Part shown: positions 51,021-55,927 of the stretch, piece by piece
Position numbering within the stretch: the first letter of the stretch is position 1
How the letters are laid out: each line of letters starts with the position of its first letter
Assembly: GCF_004010195.1 (NCBI RefSeq)
Contig: NC_057756.1
Span: 9,807,627 to 9,863,553, forward strand
Direction of reading: 5' to 3'
Length of the DNA: 55,927 nt
DNA from: Chiloscyllium plagiosum
Taxonomy: Eukaryota
Notes under the pieces: generated by a model
Seen by the model: only the letters and a program-made list of their open reading frames with translations
Told to the model about the DNA's origin: nothing
Databases searched by the model: none
Made by a program: the position numbers and the translations under genes

Positions 51021-51267
51021 CAGTCTTTCACTGGAGGTGATAGCCTGGATCTCCCCTCCCCCACCCAAAAAGCTGCTGGGCCTGTAAAAATCAAGCTTGT
51101 TCGTTTGCCATTCAGTGAAGTTGGTGAAGGGTTGTGCAGCTAAACTGCAGAGCTGGGGCTCAGATTCACAACAGCGAACGGAACAAGGTCAAGGGGCTGA
51201 TTCCTGGTTCCCCTTTTTGTGTCCATGGCTGGCTGGTGTTGCTCCCGGAATGGGAATGTCTCCATAC

Positions 51268-51373
51268 CTGATCCGATGAGAATGTCGGGGTTTCCCAGCG
51301 TCAGTGTTGCTGTGTAATCATTTCCTCGATATTCTGAGTCCACCTGCCAGTTCACAAACTTGGACTGTTGTGT
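51268..51373 (-). CDS. TOMM40: TOMM40 exon ([35 protein letters not shown])
   Basis: 106 bp, ag/gt boundaries, phase 0 to phase 1. Confidence 0.97.
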
Positions 51374-51555
51374 CTGTGTGAGAAGGACAAGGGACAGCAT
51401 GATGTTAGTCAGAGAACAAAGCCTCCTCTACACTTTAAAACAAGGTAAAGCTGCCTCTACACTGGCTCCAATCAAATACTCCCAGGACAGGTACAGCACA
51501 GGGGTAGATATTGAATGAAATCTCAGCCCTGCTCGACACTGTGCACAAATAACTC

Positions 51556-52302
51556 CAGTGGCTCAGTGGTTAGCACTGCTGCCTCTCAGTGTCAGGGACA
51601 CGGGTTCAATTCTAGCCTCGGGTAACTTTGAGTGGAGTTTGCACATTCTCCCCGTGTCTGCGTGGGTTTCCTCCGGCTGCTCCTGTGCACATTCTCCCCG
51701 TGTCTGCGTGGGTTTCCTCCGGCTGCTCCTGTTTCCTCCCACAGTCCAAATATATGCAGGTCAGGTGAATTGGCCATGCTAAATTGTCCCATAGTGTCCA
51801 GGGATGTGCAGGTTAGGGTGGATTGGCCATGGGAAATTGTCCCATAATGCCCAGGGATGTGCAGTTAGGGTGGATTGGCCATGCTAAATTGTCCCATAGT
51901 GCCCAGGGATGTACAGGTTAGGGTGGATTGGCCATGGGAAATTGTCCCATAGTGTCCAGGGACGTGCAGGTTAGGGTGGATTGGCCATGGGAAATTGTCC
52001 CATAATGCCCAGGGATGTGCAGGTTAGGGTGGATTGGCCATGCTAAATTGTCCCATAGTGCCCAGGGATGTGCAGGTTAGGGTGGATTGGCCATGCTAAA
52101 TTGTCCCATAGTGCCCAGGGATGTACAGGTTAGGGTGGATTGGCCATGGGAAATTGTCCCATAGTGTCCAGGGACGTGCAGGTTAGGTGTGTTAGTCAGG
52201 GGTAAATATAGTATAGTAAGGGAATGGGTCTGGTTGGGTTACTCTTCGGAGGGTCAGTGTGGACCCCTGAAGGGGCTGCTCCCACACTGTAGGGATTTTA
52301 TG
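51556..52302 (+). mobile_element. HE1-type SINE with internal 53-bp tandem amplification (~8 units)
   Basis: Units tggccatg..aaattgtcccatagtg.ccagggatgtgcaggttagggtggat from 51771 to ~52190. Confidence 0.88.
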
Positions 52303-52447
52303 GCTGGTTGCTACTGACAGTCACAATGATGAGTTCAGACTATCTCAGTGACACTCTGGAAATGTCCCCACTGATCAAGTCTAACTCCCAAATCAACCCA
52401 GTGTCACATCGATCAGAGGTGCTGAGGTGTGGTCTCAGCATGCTCAC

Positions 52448-52549
52448 CTGTAATACCATTTTTGACCGCACTCTGTCTGTTAGAAGGTGAATGAGTTGTG
52501 CATTCAGGCTGCCTGTGTTATCCATGTCGCCGACAACAACTGGAAAGGC
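52448..52549 (-). CDS. TOMM40: TOMM40 exon ([34 protein letters not shown])
   Basis: 102 bp, ag/gt boundaries, phase 0. Confidence 0.97.
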
Positions 52550-52599
52550 CTGCAACAATATACAGAGTACAGCTCGTTTCAAGACACTGTCACAAAGTC

Positions 52600-53240
52600 C
52601 TCCAGTCTGTCACTCCCTCCCGGGGCATCAGTTATTCCACAAAAAACCACTCCGACCCCCTCAATTACATTCCCGCCTGTAACTGCTTCCCAGGTATGTA
52701 TATTCTGTATATAATACATCCTGAACCCCTTGATTAGATTCCAGTCTGTAACTCCCTCCCAGGTATCTGTTATTCTGTACGTAAACCACCCCAGCGATTA
52801 GATTCCAGTCTGTAAGTCACCCCTGGTTACCTGTTATTCTGTACACAACTCACCCTGAACCTCTCAATTAGATTCCAGTCTGTAACTCTCTCCCAGTATG
52901 AACGTGAACCCCTTGATTAGATTCCTGTCTGTAACCCCATCCCAGGTATCTGTTATTCTATATATAAACCATCCTGAATCCCTCGATTAGATTCCAGTCT
53001 GTAACTCACTCTCAGGTATCTGTTATTCTGTATATAAACCACCCTGAACCCTTTGAATAGATTTCAGTCTGTCACTCACTCCCTGCTACCTATTATTCTA
53101 TATATAACCCATCCTGAACCCCTCCATTAGATTCCAATCTGTAACTCCCTCCAGAGTATCTGTTATTCTGTATATAAACCATCCAGAATCCTTCGATTAG
53201 ATTCCCATCTGTAACTCCCTCCCACATATCTGGTATTATA
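52600..53240. repeat. ~68-bp intronic minisatellite (attagattccagtctgtaactc...gtatctgttattctatatataaaccaccctgaacccc)
   Basis: About 9-10 diverged units. Confidence 0.85.
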
Positions 53241-53333
53241 GACAGCAGCCAGCCGAGTTGAGTGATTGGGCTCAGATACAAAACCCAGTGTGTGACGACC
53301 TGCTGTTCTCCGTTCAGGGAGAGTGGCTCTTAC

Positions 53334-53426
53334 CTCAGTGGGACTGAGCTGCTTCGTGCCAACGTAGGTTGCCCCAAAGTGGTAGCTGGATTCTCCTAAC
53401 GTGCTGAGTGACACGGTGTGATTCAC
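53334..53426 (-). CDS. TOMM40: TOMM40 exon ([31 protein letters not shown])
   Basis: 93 bp, ag/gt boundaries, phase 0. Confidence 0.97.
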
Positions 53427-53637
53427 CTGTGGTAGCAGAGACAGCAATGTTCACACTTTAACTAAAGCCAAGAACGTTAACTGCAGGCAATACCAGGCAA
53501 TATTAAACACCCTCTTTAACAGCCACACGGTCTTTATGTGGAGAGGTGGCTGTGTTACAATTTTCACGCACACACATGACCCCCACAGCTCTTCCAACCC
53601 CACCCATCCTCAGGTTTCAGAAGCAAACACTAAGCAC

Positions 53638-53862
53638 AGTGCCAAGGGAGCGCCGCACCGTCAGAGGGTCAGGGCCGAGGGAGCGCCGCACCGCCAGAGG
53701 GTCAGGGCCGAGGGAGCGCCGCACCGCCAGAGGGTCAGGGCCGAGGGAGCGCCGCACCGTCAGGGGGTCAGGGCCGAGGGAGCACCGCATCGTCAGGGGG
53801 TCAGGGCCGAGGGAGCGCCGCACCACCAGAGGGTCAGGGCCGAGGGAGCGCCGCACCACCAG
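53638..53862. repeat. 33-bp GC-rich minisatellite (~7 units)
   Basis: Unit cagagggtcagggccgagggagcgccgcaccgc repeated. Confidence 0.85.
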
Positions 53863-54821
53863 CCCGTTTGGGGTAAATAACGAAGTCCAGGTCCTGCGTT
53901 CCCTCTCCGATGATTATTAACAGATCTACTGCCACAACTTTGAAGGCAGGCATGGGATGTCACCCTGCGTCTTGGCCAATTTTGATTACTCAACAAATAC
54001 CAATCGGAGCAGAGCTGGTTACCCCACTGCTGCAGATGGGGACTTGGTGAATAAATCAGCTACTGTGATTTGTACAGTACAGACAACACACCGTGTGGTA
54101 GTCACAGGTCATCTGATCCTGAAACATTCTTGTATCACTCACTAGCCTGAAGCGGTTATTTATGGAATGAGGTTGAGGGGAATTTTGATATTTTTTATTT
54201 TATTTTCTCTATACCTTCTAAATCCAACATTTGAACAAAAATACATCTTCCTGAAACACGCAAAAGCCTGAGCGGACTGGTCAGTCTCGGGTGTAAAAGG
54301 ATGTTACCTCGCGTGATGGAGAACAGATCGAGATGGGACATGGTTCACAAATGAAGGCACTCCCATTTGAGACAGAGATAAAGAGAACTGTTCACTCTCA
54401 GTTTGGTTATCTATGATTCACTCATGGGTTGATGAGAATTCAGGTGTGTGGGTAGGGTGGACAGAGGCAAGGAGCGAGACAGAGAGAGAGTGCACGAGAG
54501 AGAGAACGCGCGTGCGAAAGAGACACAGAGGAGAATGCTTTTTGACATAGCAGATACTAATCTGGAACATTCTGCCTGAAAGGCATTGGGAGCAGATTCA
54601 ACAGGGGGAAGGAGGGAAACAGATGAAGGGAAAATTTACAGTGCTACAGGGACTAACGAAACAGGTATTTCGAGGAGCCACAATGTACCAACTGGTTTTG
54701 TCCTGCCCTTTATGACTCTGCAAGTATTATCTAGTTTTACTGCACCTTCTCAGAAAGCTGCTCTGCAAATTCAGTCAATGCCAGACTGTGCAGACTAAAG
54801 ACAGGGATGTACTTGACTGAC

Positions 54822-54889
54822 CTGGAAGTGATTGCTGAGACCTTTGTTTACAATGAGTTTCACTCCTTCCATCTGAATAGGGAAAAGTT
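54822..54889 (-). CDS. TOMM40: TOMM40 second coding exon ((E)[22 protein letters not shown]); first coding exon lies beyond the window
   Basis: 68 bp, ag/gt boundaries, phase 1 to phase 0. The exon size series 68/93/102/106/123/77/103/140 matches vertebrate TOMM40 as recalled. Confidence 0.96.
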
Positions 54890-55927
54890 CTGGGGAGAGA
54901 GAGAAAGACAAAAATGAAAACAAAGCTTATCATTAAGAAGGACGATTGTTAATAGAATGTTTCCGCGAATACCTTTCCACTCATGCAGAAATGTTCACAA
55001 TAGCGATTAACTAACATTTAACTGAGAAACACGAGTTGGGAACAGGTAGCTGAAACTTGTAATGGAGGACAGGGAAGGTGGTGAGGAGTTTAAAGGAGCT
55101 AATCTCAGAGCGCAAGGCCCAGGCAGTTGTAGGTACAGATGCCAGTGATGGGAATCAAGGGATGAGAGATCAGCTAGAATTGGAGCAGGGAAGATATCTC
55201 GGATACTCGCAACTGTCAGAAGAGGATGTTACCCAGATGTGGAGCATTGCAGGGGCTGGAGAATGATTGTACAGCCCGGAGAAACTCTCAATTATTTTTT
55301 GTAAATTCATTCATGGGACCTGGGCATTACTGGCCAGGCCAAAATTTATTCCCTGGCCCTAATTGGCCAGAGGCCAGTTTCCTTTCCTGAAGGACATTTA
55401 GTGAGCCAGATGGGTTTTTCTGACAATCAAGAACAGATTCATGGTCATCTATTCTTCAAATCCAGCTTATTATTGAAGTCAAATCCCATTATCCTGCAAG
55501 GGCAGGATTCAGTCCCTAGAAAATAATGTGGGTCTCTGGATTAACAGTGCAGTGATTAAAACACTGGACCATTGCCTCTACCAGTACCGTACCCAGGTGT
55601 TATCCAGTTCCATACCTGTCCCCACCAGCATAACCTCCCCACCAACTCCTGGTCGTTCAATCTCAACTCCGGCAACTGCCCCTCTCCCACCCACACTCCA
55701 GTCCGCAGATTCCCCCACAGCCTCCTCCCTGGGTTGGTGAATTTCCACCCACCATATCCTCGTATCGTGTTCCATCAATTTCCCCACACGCCTACCCCAA
55801 CCTTCTGTCTGTTACTCCCCATATCCCCTCCAACAAGTCCATCAGACACCCCCAAAACCAGATATATTCTCCCACATTCTCCACACCACACCCCCACCCA
55901 CCCCTGCGCCCACCCAGACGCCCCACC

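Noticed and set aside
42427..54889. TOMM40L as an alternative identity
   Set aside because: Diagnostic residues ([36 protein letters not shown]) match TOMM40 rather than TOMM40L as recalled.

Overview
Vertebrate genomic DNA, almost certainly an elasmobranch (shark), inferred from many HE1-type SINEs, CR1/HER1-type LINEs and shark-like intronic minisatellites. It is a scaffold with four N gaps; two are exactly 500 N (17394-17893, 34336-34835), so adjacency across them is unproven. (1) 1-17393: nested, decayed retroelements (CR1, a 5'-intact L1, Penelope-like elements with hammerhead ribozyme motifs, SINEs), ending in the first three coding exons of an IFI44-like P-loop GTPase gene. That gene has an ISRE + NF-kB promoter and an N-terminal myristoylation motif (MGSSYSK) instead of a TLDc domain. 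(2) 17894-34335: almost entirely TE debris (Penelope, Gypsy integrase, solo LTRs, CR1/L2, SINEs). (3) 34836-55927: TOMM40 on the minus strand (8 coding exons resolved, first coding exon beyond the window end), a ~1.8 kb 3'UTR, a 124-copy 18-bp purine-rich array directly after the poly(A) signal, and clustered DR1 nuclear-receptor sites with a possible downstream promoter/first exon where APOE lies in mammals. Exon coordinates were checked by hand against GT/AG sites and reading phase. TE boundaries are approximate. No database searches were run; homologies come from recalled family motifs.
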